A stretch of DNA of 63,570 nucleotides, counting the filler, from Octopus bimaculoides (lineage: Eukaryota): assembly GCF_001194135.2 (NCBI RefSeq). It is 6 parts of 6 records of this genome, joined end to end, with 100 filler letters (N's around TTAATTAATTAA, not from the genome) between each part and the next. Parts side by side here need not be neighbours in the genome. Positions count along the whole stretch, not along the records: positions 25,405 to 44,189 come from NC_068989.1; positions 44,290 to 49,484 come from NC_068982.1; positions 49,585 to 54,559 come from NC_068981.1; 3 more parts are not named here. The stretch is one strand, 5' to 3'. Made by a program: the position numbers and the translations under genes. This document shows, piece after piece, positions 38,489 to 49,925 of the stretch. Position 1 is the first letter of the stretch. Every line of letters starts with the position of its first letter. Under the pieces are notes generated by a model. It was given only the letters and a program-made list of their open reading frames with translations. It was not told where the DNA came from and made no database searches.

Positions 38489-39004
38489 AATGACAGACGA
38501 TGGAGAAAGATCACGAAAGCATGAGTAATAATGTTTGAGAAATCAATGCAGAGGTCTCATGTATGGTTTTAGCTTTTTTTTTTTTTTGCAACTTGGCTCT
38601 CCACTGTGAGTTACTAAGTTCTATGATACTTCTTTTATTGGGAAGTTCACTTGTTGCCTTAAGAATTTGGAATCGCCCACATAATACCATCAAGGTGTAG
38701 TCGTAAGTTTTGCGTTTGGAGATGAATAAAAAAAATGATGTAACAGTCAAAATATTTAAGCAAGCAAAATTTCACAAGACTAAAGGAACTTTAAGGCCAT
38801 TAAACTTAAATGCCCCCCACGAATGCAGGGATAAAAGAGATGAATGCTGAAATCTGTCCAGTAAAACTCTGAACAGAGACTATGTGTGACAAACAACGGC
38901 TGCTATTGTACAACTTTTCATCATATTGAAGGCCAACTTCGTATATTCTCGTAATAGGAGAAGAACTAAAGATGGGCTGACGCTACTACAATGTTGCTTT
39001 TTTT

Positions 39005-39199
39005 TTTACCTTTTAATATTTCAGTCATAGGACTGCGGCCATGCTGGAGCCCTTCAAAGAGTTTGGTCGAGTAAATCGGTCACTGTACCTATTGCAAGTC
39101 TGGTACTTATTCTATAGGCCTCTTTTGCCGGACAGTTCAGTTACGGGGATGTTAACAAACCAGCATCGGCTGTCAGGCGATGGTGCTGGACAAACGCAT

Positions 39200-39231
<32 letters not shown>

Positions 39232-39390
39232 CAGACTTCCACTTAGTTGCCGTTTACCAAAGTCATTCACAAGGTATTTATCGCTCCGGAACTATAGTAG
39301 AAGACACTTGTCCAAGGTACCACACATTGGGACTGAACCCAAAACTAACTGTTTGCAAAGCGAGCTTCTAAACTACGTAGACATGCTGGC
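39005..39390 (-). mobile_element. SINE-A copy
   Basis: gactgcggccatgctggagc tail, tatagtagaagacacttgtccaagg body, internal (CA)n. Confidence 0.82.
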
Positions 39391-39961
39391 GCCGCTGTAT
39401 TGTTTTATGATTAGATGGCCCGATTAGCAATATCAGCTTCGATAAAGTCACCGGTGTTTCTACAGTCAAGTGAAGCTTAACTGATTGATTGCAAAGTGCA
39501 ACATTAACGAACGCAAGAGATAAAGGATTTTCAATTAAAGCTGACAACTTGAATAGTAACAGTATCTAACGGGTTCCTGAAGATATTCGCACTCCTGTGA
39601 AAATGGTGTAGCGTACACACTAGTGAAATTCCTCTCTTCTTTATTATATATACATATATTCGAACGTAGCAGATAACAGCTCTCGAAGCCAGGAATACTA
39701 GTAAGAAACTTTGCAGAGGTACCTAACTAGTGTTTGAATTGCGAAGAGACTGACACCGATTGAGAAGGAATTACACTAATTCTTTGAGGACATATAACGC
39801 AGACCAATTTCATTCATTGAATAAGCTGACATTATAAGTAACAATAAGAAATCTGAATACCAAAGACTTTATTCAACGAATAATGAATGACACAGCTCAA
39901 AATCCTGCTGAACTACAGATCACTCGGCCGTCACGTGACAGATGTTTCAAGCAGAATCGCT

Positions 39962-40215
39962 GGCGGCGAGCTAGCAGAATCGTTAGCACATCGGGCGAAA
40001 TGCTTAGCGGCATTTCGACCATCTTTACGTTCTGTGTTCAAATTCCACTGGGGTTGACTTTGCCTTTCATCGATAAAATAGGTACCAGTCGAGCACAGGG
40101 GTCGATGTTTTGTCCTCAAATCCTACCACGGTCAACTTTTACTTTCCATCCTTCCAGTGTCGATAAAAATAAAATACATACCTATTAAGTACTCGGGTCA
40201 CTTTAATCGATTAAG
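39962..40215 (+). mobile_element. SINE-B with a tandemly duplicated central block
   Basis: ggcggcgagctagcagaatcgttagc..gttcaaattcc (tRNA-like head). The gactttgcctttcatc..gtcgataaa..gtac block occurs twice. Confidence 0.82.
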
Positions 40216-40505
40216 CTTGAGTCTACGTAAGAGATTATTGCTATAATTACTATCACTGCTTCTTTTTGCCTCAGAATGGTACACATAACTTGGTCGCGTT
40301 TTTTGCTTCGACAGCAGGCTATGAGCCAGTGGCCTTGAGTACGAAGCAGCCTCCTCTTAGACTTTTCCATTCTTTTTGGTCAATCTTGGCCATGGAGTGC
40401 TCTTAGTAATATTTTAGCTGTTCCAATAAACAATTTCTTTGCAACAGTTACATCTCACAACCAACGCCTTTTACGATATGAGCATACCTCATTTACCTAG
40501 GGGCT

Positions 40506-40545
40506 CAATTCTAGGATCTTTCTGATCAGAAAGATCCCAATTCTA
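40506..40545. repeat. 24-bp perfect palindrome flanked by an 8-bp direct repeat
   Basis: caattcta GGATCTTTCTGA TCAGAAAGATCC caattcta. Confidence 0.9.
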
Positions 40546-41128
40546 ATCCATGTGTTGCTGTCGATAAAAACTATAGGGTCCAGGGCATTGATTTACCCGG
40601 GGGCTTACAATGCTGCTAAGACTCCTATTCACAATCTCCTTCGATCTCTCTTTGCAAACTTGTCCTATCCCTAATGCTCTTACGATTACAAGTATGATAG
40701 TTACCTTCTTCACTTTCTACATTCTAATGATTTCATACTTAAACTCGTTGAAATTATTATTGTAAAATATAACAAGAATACTGAGAATTCGCGACAGTTT
40801 AATAGATACAAAAAGGTTAAGATAAAAAGTAGGTGACGCTTAAGAAGAAGAAAAAAATGGCTTGTAGCTAGACAAGGTGACAACGGTGGTAGAGGTGAGG
40901 TTCGCTCTATAGAATTTAGTTGCGAAATTAAATACATAGAAAGATTAATAGAATTAATAGGCCGTGAAGAGTAGTAGCACAAGTGACATTTCTAAACAGC
41001 TGGATATAGAGAGAACGCAGACACATCTGTGTGTTTGTTAACTTCAATGAACAAATGAAATGATGGCAGTTGAAGCTTTTGTACACCCTGCATAGTATAC
41101 ACACATAGTCATATATATGACAGGCAAA

Positions 41129-41169
<41 letters not shown>

Positions 41170-41661
41170 CTATAACATTATTGTACTACAATCTACGTAT
41201 ATAACGCTTCAAGTAGAGGTTTTTTTTTTCTTTTGGTCGGGAGGCTTCTTTTTTAATAGTGGAACGAAATATATAAACTATTCTACACAGGTTTGCAAGA
41301 CAATTGACTGATGAATAAAATGAAGTGTGGTGCGCGCACGCGTGCGTATGTGTGTGTATTGAAAATCTATAGCTCAGTCGGTCGAGCAACCGTGTACTTC
41401 ATTTACTGGGATGCATATTTCTCTGATGTGAAAATAAATATGTGATACAGTATATTAAGATTTGATAAAGCTTTGTCAATGCAATCACACTACTGCAGAA
41501 CAAAATGATACAAGACGCGAGAAATATTTAAGGACATACTTGGTAATTTGATAAAACAACTCTCATCTGGTAAAAACCAAATGTGTTTTAATAAAAAATT
41601 ATGCACATGGCAATCTCACTAGTGCTAGTACCATAGAAAAATGCACACATGCAGTAAAGTA

Positions 41662-42270
41662 TTGGGTTGTCTGGAAAGTTCGTGCCAATTTACAGTAGCT
41701 TGCCTTTCGACTTATAAGAATTCGATGAGATATGACGGCTCGGCCGTCTCTCCCCAGTTCTTATATTAATCATTAAATCCAGAAATACAACACGAGGGAT
41801 AACGGTAACAACAGATCAATAGTTTATTCTAGGTTGCTGTAGAGCCGTTTCGTTCCTGGGTGAATAGGCCTGCCGCTAGAATACCAAAGGAAGCTTCGAC
41901 CACATGTTGTGGGAGAGTTGAGAGATACGTGTTGTCACCACCGCTGCTTGAGAGAAAAGAGCTCGGACGCTATTGCTTTTTCTCCACTTGTTGCATTGCG
42001 CATGCGTGCTCGGGTACTTCCGCTGAGGGCAAATCCCTTGCAGATGCGCAATGGCACTTCCCAAGATGGCGGCCACACGCGCCACTACAGACTTATTTGC
42101 CATGAAACCACCTCAATTCTGAAAAGAGGGTATTTTCTAGTTAAAGGAAAGATAGAGACGCATTGTGCAACAAAATGGTTGATATTTGGTTGATTAAAAA
42201 TGTAATGGCCAGTATTTATTGACCTTTTTCTTTCCTTTAAAAATCGGCGCGAACTTTCCGGACAACCCAA
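41662..42270 (+). mobile_element. Non-autonomous mariner derivative with ~30-bp TIRs and TA TSD
   Basis: TA|ttgggttgtctggaaagttcgtgccaattt ... aaatcggcgcgaactttccggacaacccaa|TA (3 mismatches). The residual IVQQNG*YLVD* resembles a mariner C-terminus. Confidence 0.88.
41713..42089 (-). mobile_element. Solo-LTR-like insert (377 bp) nested in the mariner
   Basis: Flanked by the 4-bp duplication GACT (41709-41712 and 42090-42093). The minus strand begins TGTAGTGGCGC, ends CTTATA, and has AATAAA near its 3' end. It is GC- and CpG-rich. Confidence 0.75.
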
Positions 42271-43906
42271 TAGTTGTTATCATTGTGTTTTTCAGTTAGT
42301 GTTGTTTGTAAATTTTGTAATTAAATTTTGTTGTGTATCTGAAAGCTTGATGCTCAAATATTGAGCCACTGATGCTCAAATATTGTAAGTCTTGTTACTT
42401 CTTACCCTTAGACTTACATGAGGATTTAATTATATACACACACACACATTCTCTCTCCCCCCTCTCTCTCATGTGTGCGTGTGTTGGTGGTGGTAAGGCC
42501 CTCAATTCAAGGAGAATCAGAGGGACATCATGGTGACATAGTGGGGTCAGAGCCCATCCCACACCAGGTCTGAATAGAGCTAGTTTCTTCCAGAGACAAA
42601 ATGTGCACGTGTATGCATGTTTGTGTGTGTGTACGTGCATGTGTATGAGAGAGAGTGAGTGAGTGAACGAGCGAGTGAGTGAGTGAGAAGAAGAAGAAGA
42701 AGAAGAATGTCAAAGATGTTTCCATATGTACTTTTGTTTTTTCTAATAGCCATAATGCACATATAGCCACTATACGAAATGTCAAAGAGCTATATATACA
42801 TGACAAGAGAACCATGATTTGGGTGACACCTTTGCTTTACTAAGAATATCTAAGAAGATAAATATTTAATAACTTTTGTAGGGAGATAGCAAAATACTTG
42901 AAAGTGTTTACCATTCATTAGCAGAAACTGTACCATTCCATTAGGATTCCATACAGTCATACTTCGTAGTTTAGAGAACAATCTTGGATAAGTCTGTTGC
43001 TTTCTGTCTTGTTGTTGTTTAAATCTGTTTAATCGCTGATTTTCAGACTATGGGGCTGGAGGAGAATAGAACTGATGTCAATGCCTGACTAGTAGCATTT
43101 GCTTGGCGGAAAGATATCAAAAACCGAAAGTTGGCAAACAATGATCTTTTCCCATTAGCACAAAGCTTTTGGATTGATAGGAGAGTGGTGAATGAAAGTG
43201 TGTGCGTGCGCGTGTGTGTGTAATATTCATGTTTTTCTCTTGTAAGTAGAATGGCTACTAATGGGAATTGAAACCGAGCTGCAGATGAAGCAGACTTCTA
43301 TGTTAAACTATAAATAAATTATGATTACCAACTCTGATTATTCTTGTGTGCACACGCACACACCTGTTTTATCTCGTATCCTCTTCCATATAAACTGTGT
43401 CTCTTCTATTTCATATAAAATTCATGATGTAGATTTGAGTGACGCCTAAAGAAAGTGCTATTGTGAATAGTGTGTACGCTACTGTACAGTAGTATAACAT
43501 CTATCTGTATACTAGTACTTCATTGCTTTCTTCACTATGTGTGTGTTTGTGCGTGTGTGTGTTGCTATATGAATTTCCCATTGTGATTACCACTTTCATG
43601 TCTTTCAAATTCAAAAGGCAATCAATGTTATCAGCCCATCACATTCCACTGTTAGCCAGCTATGTTGAAGACTTGTCACATAGTGAAAGAGTGAATTTTA
43701 GAAATTTTTAGCTTGTTCCTGAAGAGAAGAGGAAGAAACTCTGAAGAAGAAATTCTGAGGAAGAAACTAAGTAGAAAATTGACCAATATGGGATCTTTCC
43801 TCAACACTAAGCATTGAAAAGCTTATGTCTGTGGTTCAAATTTACCCCACATTTAAATTTGAACAGCAGTTAGAGTGTCGGGCTCACAATCATGAGGTAG
43901 TGAGTT

Positions 43907-44185
43907 TATAGGAAATTGGTTATACACCATTAGGTGTACACCTGCTTTCCCATATTAAATTCTAAATAACAACGTAACGCAGAACTCCGAACTATCAACA
44001 CAACAATATTTATTTATGGTGAAAATAGGCAGCAGTTATTTGTGAAGCTCTGGTGCTGACATGTTAGAGAGCTCCGCTGTTGGACGTCTGCCATCGTCGC
44101 CGGCCGGCGAGAAAAGAGAAAGAATCAGGGCGCCAAACTTGGATATTGATGACTACGCATGCGCACGAGACAAGGCGTTACTACA
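43907..44185 (-). mobile_element. Solo-LTR-like insert (279 bp) interrupting a SINE-C-type head
   Basis: Flanked by AGTT (43903-43906 and 44186-44189). The minus strand begins TGTAGTAACGC, ends CCTATA, and contains AATAAA. The left flank ttagagtgtcgggctcacaatcatgaggtagtgagtt is a SINE head cut at the B box. Confidence 0.75.
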
Positions 44186-44533
44186 AGTTNNNNNNNNNNN
44201 NNNNNNNNNNNNNNNNNNNNNNNNNNNNNNNNNTTAATTAATTAANNNNNNNNNNNNNNNNNNNNNNNNNNNNNNNNNNNNNNNNNNNNATATATGTTTA
44301 GAAGCAAAGAAGTTTATTAAAGAATACACACACACACACGCTCACACATACATACACATGTATTACTATTGTTATTAAAAATATAATTTCATGAATTGTG
44401 TGGTATGCATTAAGGACACATTACACAATGTTAGTCTTAGATAGCCTTAGACATATGGGATGTTCAGAGTTGGAATGTCTTTGATCATAAGATCTGTCCA
44501 ATTAGTGTTGACCTGGAGCTAAACAACTCCAAC

Positions 44534-44534
44534 T

Positions 44535-44571
<37 letters not shown>

Positions 44572-44622
44572 CGACGATGATGATGGTGATGATGATGACG
44601 ATGATGACGATGATGATGATGG

Positions 44623-44670
<48 letters not shown>
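44534..44670. repeat. (GAT)n microsatellite at the end of a degenerate SINE-E tail
   Basis: Read directly. Confidence 0.9.
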
Positions 44671-44672
<2 letters not shown>

Positions 44673-45020
44673 AAAGCCCTCTTTGCTCATATTGGTAGGA
44701 ACCAGGAAATGTTAGGCCTGCCACTGATTACAGAACATAGATCAAACAAACAGCCGAACAACCATTCCAGCATTATTAACCCCCACTCCACCCCACCATC
44801 CCCTTCTTCCTCTTTTCACCCTCTCGTCTCCACCCCCCTTCTTTTTCCTCTTCCCTTCCCCTCTCCCACCAACCACTTCTTCTCCTCACCTCTAAGATGT
44901 TTACAGTATTTCCTCAAATTTCTTCAGAACAAATAATACATGACGTAAGATTTTAAGAATGACTTCTTCGACATCAACATCAACATCAACATCAAAAATC
45001 AACGGCAACAACTGCAACCA

Positions 45021-45062
<42 letters not shown>

Positions 45063-45867
45063 TGATGATTTCCGAGGCATTTGAAGTGTACTGGGGAAAG
45101 TTACTGATGCTNNNNNNNNNNNNNNNNNNNNNNNNNNNNNNNNNNNNNNNNNNNNNNNNNNNNNNNNNNNNNNNNNNNNNNNNNNNNNNNNNNNNNNNNN
45201 NNNNNNNNNNNNNNNNNNNNNNNNNNNNNNNNNNNNNNNNNNNNNNNNNNNNNNNNNNNNNNNNNNNNNNNNNNNNNNNNNNNNNNNNNNNNNNNNNNNN
45301 NNNNNNNNNNNNNNNNNNNNNNNNNNNNNNNNNNNNNNNNNNNNNNNNNNNNNNNNNNNNNNNNNNNNNNNNNNNNNNNNNNNNNNNNNNNNNNNNNNNN
45401 NNNNNNNNNNNNNNNNNNNNNNNNNNNNNNNNNNNNNNNNNNNNNNNNNNNNNNNNNNNNNNNNNNNNNNNNNNNNNNNNNNNNNNNNNNNNNNNNNNNN
45501 NNNNNNNNNNNNNNNNNNNNNNNNNNNNNNNNNNNNNNNNNNNNNNNNNNNNNNNNNNNNNNNNNNNNNNNNNNNNNNNNNNNNNNNNNNNNNNNNNNNN
45601 NNNNNNNNNNNNNNNNNNNNNNNNNNNNNNNNNNNNNNNNNNNNNNNNNNNNNNNNNNNNNNNNNNNNNNNNNNNNNNNNNNNNNNNNNNNNNNNNNNNN
45701 NNNNNNNNNNNNNNNNNNNNNNNNNNNNNNNNNNNNNNNNNNNNNNNNNNNNNNNNNNNNNNNNNNNNNNNNNNNNNNNNNNNNNNNATTAACTGTGGTA
45801 GGAAGGGAGACGGTGGGAATGTGTAGTTAGTGTTGGGGGGTTAAGATTAAGGAAATGGATAGCAGTG

Positions 45868-46237
45868 AATCATCATCATCATCATCATCATCATTATCAT
45901 CATCATCATCACCATCACCATCGCTACCAGCCCTCTCCTCTTCATCATCATCATCATCATCATCCTCATCATCATCATCATCACCATCGCTACCAGCCCT
46001 CTCCTCTTCATCCTCCTCCTCCTCCTCCTCCTCCTCCTCATCATCATCATCATCATCATCATCGTCGTCGTCATCATCATNNNNNNNNNNTCATCATCAT
46101 CATCGTCGTCGTCATCATCATCATCATCATCGTCGTCGTCATCATCATCATCCTCCTCCTCCTCCTCCTCCTCATCATCATCGTAGTCATCATCATCATC
46201 ATCGTCATCATCATCATCATCATCATCGTCGTCGTCG

Positions 46238-46278
<41 letters not shown>

Positions 46279-46445
46279 GTCGTCGTCATCCTCATTATCA
46301 TCATCATTGTCGCCATCATCGTCCATCATCTGCTGCCGCTGCTGTTGATGCTGATGATATATCACAACAGTGCCATTGGCTGCAAATACAGTTGCCAGAA
46401 CAACAGCAACAACAACAACAACATCAAAACTACAACAACAACAAC
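45868..46445. repeat. Compound (CAT/CGT/CCT)n then (CAA)n tract with an internal duplicated spacer
   Basis: caccatcgctaccagccctctcctcttcatc occurs twice (near 45915 and 45982). The rest is trinucleotide runs. Confidence 0.9.
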
Positions 46446-46759
46446 AAAGAACGTGTACACAGCTGCGCAAACTTGTTCTGTGTAGTTACCATATGTCTTT
46501 CTCGTCTTCCTTAAAAAAAAAGAAAGAACGCCACCGCCATCTTTAAAAATGGTGACCGTATACTTAAAATCCAAGATATTAAGACATTCTAAAGACATTA
46601 TGGAAGTATAAAAACAGAACTCGTCATATATGGAAATATGAATCGATTACCTCGTTCGAGAAAAGATAGGTGAACGCAAATATGTACTTTAATGCATTTA
46701 TAATGTACAATTTAGAATATATTTTGCGAAGCGAGTCAAATATAACTCTTAATCATTAT

Positions 46760-46901
46760 TTACATTATTTACATTTGACGGATATTTGTCCTCATCTTGT
46801 TTGTTGTTAACACAACGTTTTGGCTGATATACCCTCCAAACTTCATCAGGTGTCTTGTGGAAATTTCGAACCTGGGTTCTCATTCCTAAGGTATTTTTCG
46901 A

Positions 46902-46955
<54 letters not shown>
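46760..46955 (-). mobile_element. Penelope-like terminal remnant next to an (ATT)n array
   Basis: Paralogue of 27618-27790. On the minus strand it ends with tgtaaataatgtaaataat. Confidence 0.7.
46809..46854 (-). ncRNA. Minimal hammerhead motif (stem I and cleavage site intact; stem II and G12 mutated)
   Basis: gacac CTGATGA a gtttg gagggtatat cagcc aAA ACGT T gtgtt. Confidence 0.62.
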
Positions 46956-47537
46956 NNNNNNNNNNNNNNNNNNNNNNNNNNNNNNNNNNNNNNNNNNNNN
47001 NNNNNNNNNNNNNNNNNNNNNNNNNNNNNNNNNNNNNNNNNNNNNNNNNNNNNNNNNNNNNNNNNNNNNNNNNNNNNNNNNNNNNNNNNNNNNNNNNNNN
47101 NNNNNNNNNNNNNNNNNNNNNNNNNNNNNNNNNNNNNNNNNNNNNNNNNNNNNNNNNNNNNNNNNNNNNNNNNNNNNNNNNNNNNNNNNNNNNNNNNNNN
47201 NNNNNNNNNNNNNNNNNNNNNNNNNNNNNNNNNNNNNNNNNNNNNNNNNNNNNNNNNNNNNNNNNNNNNNNNNNNNNNNNNNNNNNNNNNNNNNNNNNNN
47301 TTCACCTCTGGAAACATGGGTGTTTTGCTCAACATCCTTAAACATCCTTAAACAACCCTTTTGAACGGGATGTGCTACTCGACCTGAAGAAAATTCTAAC
47401 TGGGCCCCACCTGCGAGGTCATGCGCTGTTTATCTTGCGCTGTGTACCCTTATCAGACGAGTAGTCATGATGGGTATACTGGGCTTCGTATATTTTACCC
47501 CAGTGTCACTTTGATGGCATACCCTACTCTCTCACTC

Positions 47538-47594
<57 letters not shown>

Positions 47595-47595
<1 letters not shown>

Positions 47596-47960
47596 TAGTT
47601 GTCAGAGATCACCAAGAAAAACATGCCTTCTAATCGATGTATCAATCCTAACAGATGATAATGTATCTCTAAAAGAAACGGAGAAGCTCTCAAAATACAA
47701 AGATCTGGAAATAGAGATAATTCGAATGTCGAACCTAAAAGCAAAAACAACCCCCATAATAATAGGTGCGTTAAATATTATTGAAAAACATACAGACAAA
47801 TACATAACCAAGACATCAGGACTTACGAATATATATGACATACAGAAAATAGCACTACTAGGTATCGCACACATTCAACACAGTGAAAATAAGAGCACTA
47901 CAACAAACCACAATAAATACCAAAGGTACACACGGCTGCGCTCGGTAGTGCAATGAGAGC
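47595..47960 (+). mobile_element. R4/Dong-type 3' fragment directly after (AAT)n (47538-47594)
   Basis: IVVRDHQEK..LIDVSI..DDNVSLKETEKLSKYKDLEIEI..PIIIGAL..IQKIALLGIAHI, the RLE nuclease C-terminus, followed by a 3' UTR. Confidence 0.85.
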
Positions 47961-48415
47961 ACGACAAATATTGACACTGGATAATGTGTCGGCATTATAA
48001 AACCAAAACTGCTGGAAAATGGTACAAGCACCACCATGAGGTTGTAACTGAGGGAGAAAATGTAACTATTCGTTGGAACTTTCCAGTATGTACAGACCGG
48101 ACTATTAAAGCAAATAAACCAGATATTGTTGTGAAAGACCAAAACAATAAAGTCTGTTTATTGATTGACATGAGCATACCTGTGATTATAACATCTCTGC
48201 AAAAGAATTTGATAAGCTCAGAAAATATTAAGATTTGCTCATCGAAATCGAAAAGATGTGGCATCTCAAAACGGTTACAATACCAGTAATTTTATAGGAA
48301 CACTTGGAATGATCAAGAAAGGAACTGAAAATTATTTAAGAATGATCCATGGCTTACCATCCATACAGGAAATGCAAAAGATTGGTACGTCACACACATT
48401 GAGAAGAGTACTGTC
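47961..48415 (+). mobile_element. Second, different R4/Dong-type 3' fragment in tandem
   Basis: HWIMCRHY..WYKH..VTIRWNFPVCTDRTIKANKPDIVVKD..CLLIDMSIP..EIEKMWHLKT..GTLGMIKKG..LRRVLS, with frameshifts. Confidence 0.88.
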
Positions 48416-48484
48416 CTCTTTTATTTTCTTTGTTTACATTTTTGTTTTTTATGTTTTCTCTCTGTCTTTCTCCCCTTTTTTCTC

Positions 48485-48619
48485 TGGTACTCAATTTATC
48501 GAACCCGAGGGGGTGAAAGGCAAAGTCGACCTCGGCGGAATTTGAACTGAGAACGGAGCGACGGGCGAAATACCACTAAGCATTTCACCCGGCGTGCTAA
48601 CGATTCTGCCAGCTCGCCT
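48485..48619 (-). mobile_element. SINE-B, well preserved, followed by an (AAT/GAT)n array to 48737
   Basis: tttatcgaacccgagggggtgaaaggcaaagtcgacctcggcggaatttgaactgagaacg..gctaacgattctgccagctcgcc. Confidence 0.9.
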
Positions 48620-48660
48620 ACTTAATAATAATAATGATGATGATGATAATAATAATAATG

Positions 48661-48697
<37 letters not shown>

Positions 48698-48704
48698 TAA
48701 TAAT

Positions 48705-48739
<35 letters not shown>

Positions 48740-49242
48740 CACCAAATTCAGACTTTTAAAAAAGGGTGTAAGAAAACTTAAGAAAACTTTTCGCATTATA
48801 AAGGTTTTGATGTTATGTATAACGAGAGATTTCTTTTTCAAAAGCCATGGGGTAAAATCGCATTCTGCAGTTAACGGTTGTAAAATTTTAAGCAGATATA
48901 TACGCTTTTCGCGTTCAAAGAGTCAATGTTTGAATAGCCCCAAGTACTTTGTAGTAAATAGGTTCAATGGATTAAGAACAAGTTATGGTCTAACCCTGTG
49001 ATCCTGCGAATACGCTTTAGAGAGTACAATTTCATTTGACTGTATCCCTGGAAGCCACTACGAGATCCAATCTTTGTTACGAAGTGGTGGTTTTGTGTGA
49101 TTCTATGACCATGTGAGCTATGCCAGCCGAGTGCTGTCCATACTGAGTAGGTGAAAGGAATTCCTGAAGTAAATCCAGTGGCATTTACATCCATGCTGTT
49201 GATGACATCAGATGGTTGACTACAAGGTGTATATGTACATGT

Positions 49243-49273
<31 letters not shown>

Positions 49274-49584
49274 CCTAGGTATGTGACAGCCCATCTTTGA
49301 GGCAAGTCTGATGAAGTACTCCTCTAATGTCTAAAACCGCTAATATTATTTAAATTTTCACTTCGAATTAATGTGAAAACTGGCATTGCAAATAGAGTTG
49401 GTACAGAAACAATTGTAACGAATCATTAAAGATGTGTTAAAGAATTTTCTTTGTCTTCTTCTAATCATTTGTGTGTGTGTGTGTNNNNNNNNNNNNNNNN
49501 NNNNNNNNNNNNNNNNNNNNNNNNNNNNTTAATTAATTAANNNNNNNNNNNNNNNNNNNNNNNNNNNNNNNNNNNNNNNNNNNN

Positions 49585-49760
49585 AAAAGGTCTCTCTGCA
49601 GTGAATTCTGCCTAGGTAGTACTCACTTGGCAGTAAAAGAGAAATTAAATTTTTTAAAGTTTTGTAAAGTCTAATATATTCTTTTGTAGTCTTATACCAT
49701 CTTATAAATATTTATTTTGCAATAAAATACTTATTGCGGAGAGACTTTTTGAACACCTTG
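49585..49760. mobile_element. Tc1/mariner-type MITE; left TIR partly in the gap
   Basis: The right end, read on the minus strand, is caaggtgttcaaaaagtctctccgca. The left end reads aaaaggtctctctgca. Confidence 0.6.
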
Positions 49761-49799
49761 TGTGTGTGTGTGTATTATATGTGTGTGTGTGTGTGTGAG

Positions 49800-49925
49800 A
49801 GAGATTATAGTATGTGTGAGGCTATAGTAGACAAACTTGCCCAAGGTGTCATGAGGGGGAGTGGACCCGGAATCATGAGGTTGGGAAATAAGCTTGTTTA
49901 CCACACAGCCACATCTGCACCTTTC
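49800..49925 (-). mobile_element. SINE-A 5' fragment
   Basis: ggctatagtagacaaacttgcccaaggtg..ttaccacacagccac. Confidence 0.75.

Noticed and set aside
39833-39917. Third TATAAG...CTACA candidate LTR
   Set aside because: It is too short and the flanks (acat / gatc) are not a duplication.
41371-41390. tagctcagtcggtcgagca, tRNA D-arm-like
   Set aside because: No anticodon arm, T arm or acceptor stem follows.
45847-46514. Long poly-His/Ser/Asp/Ile ORFs in several frames
   Set aside because: Trinucleotide microsatellites are stop-free in multiple frames on both strands. There are no splice signals or non-repetitive coding content.
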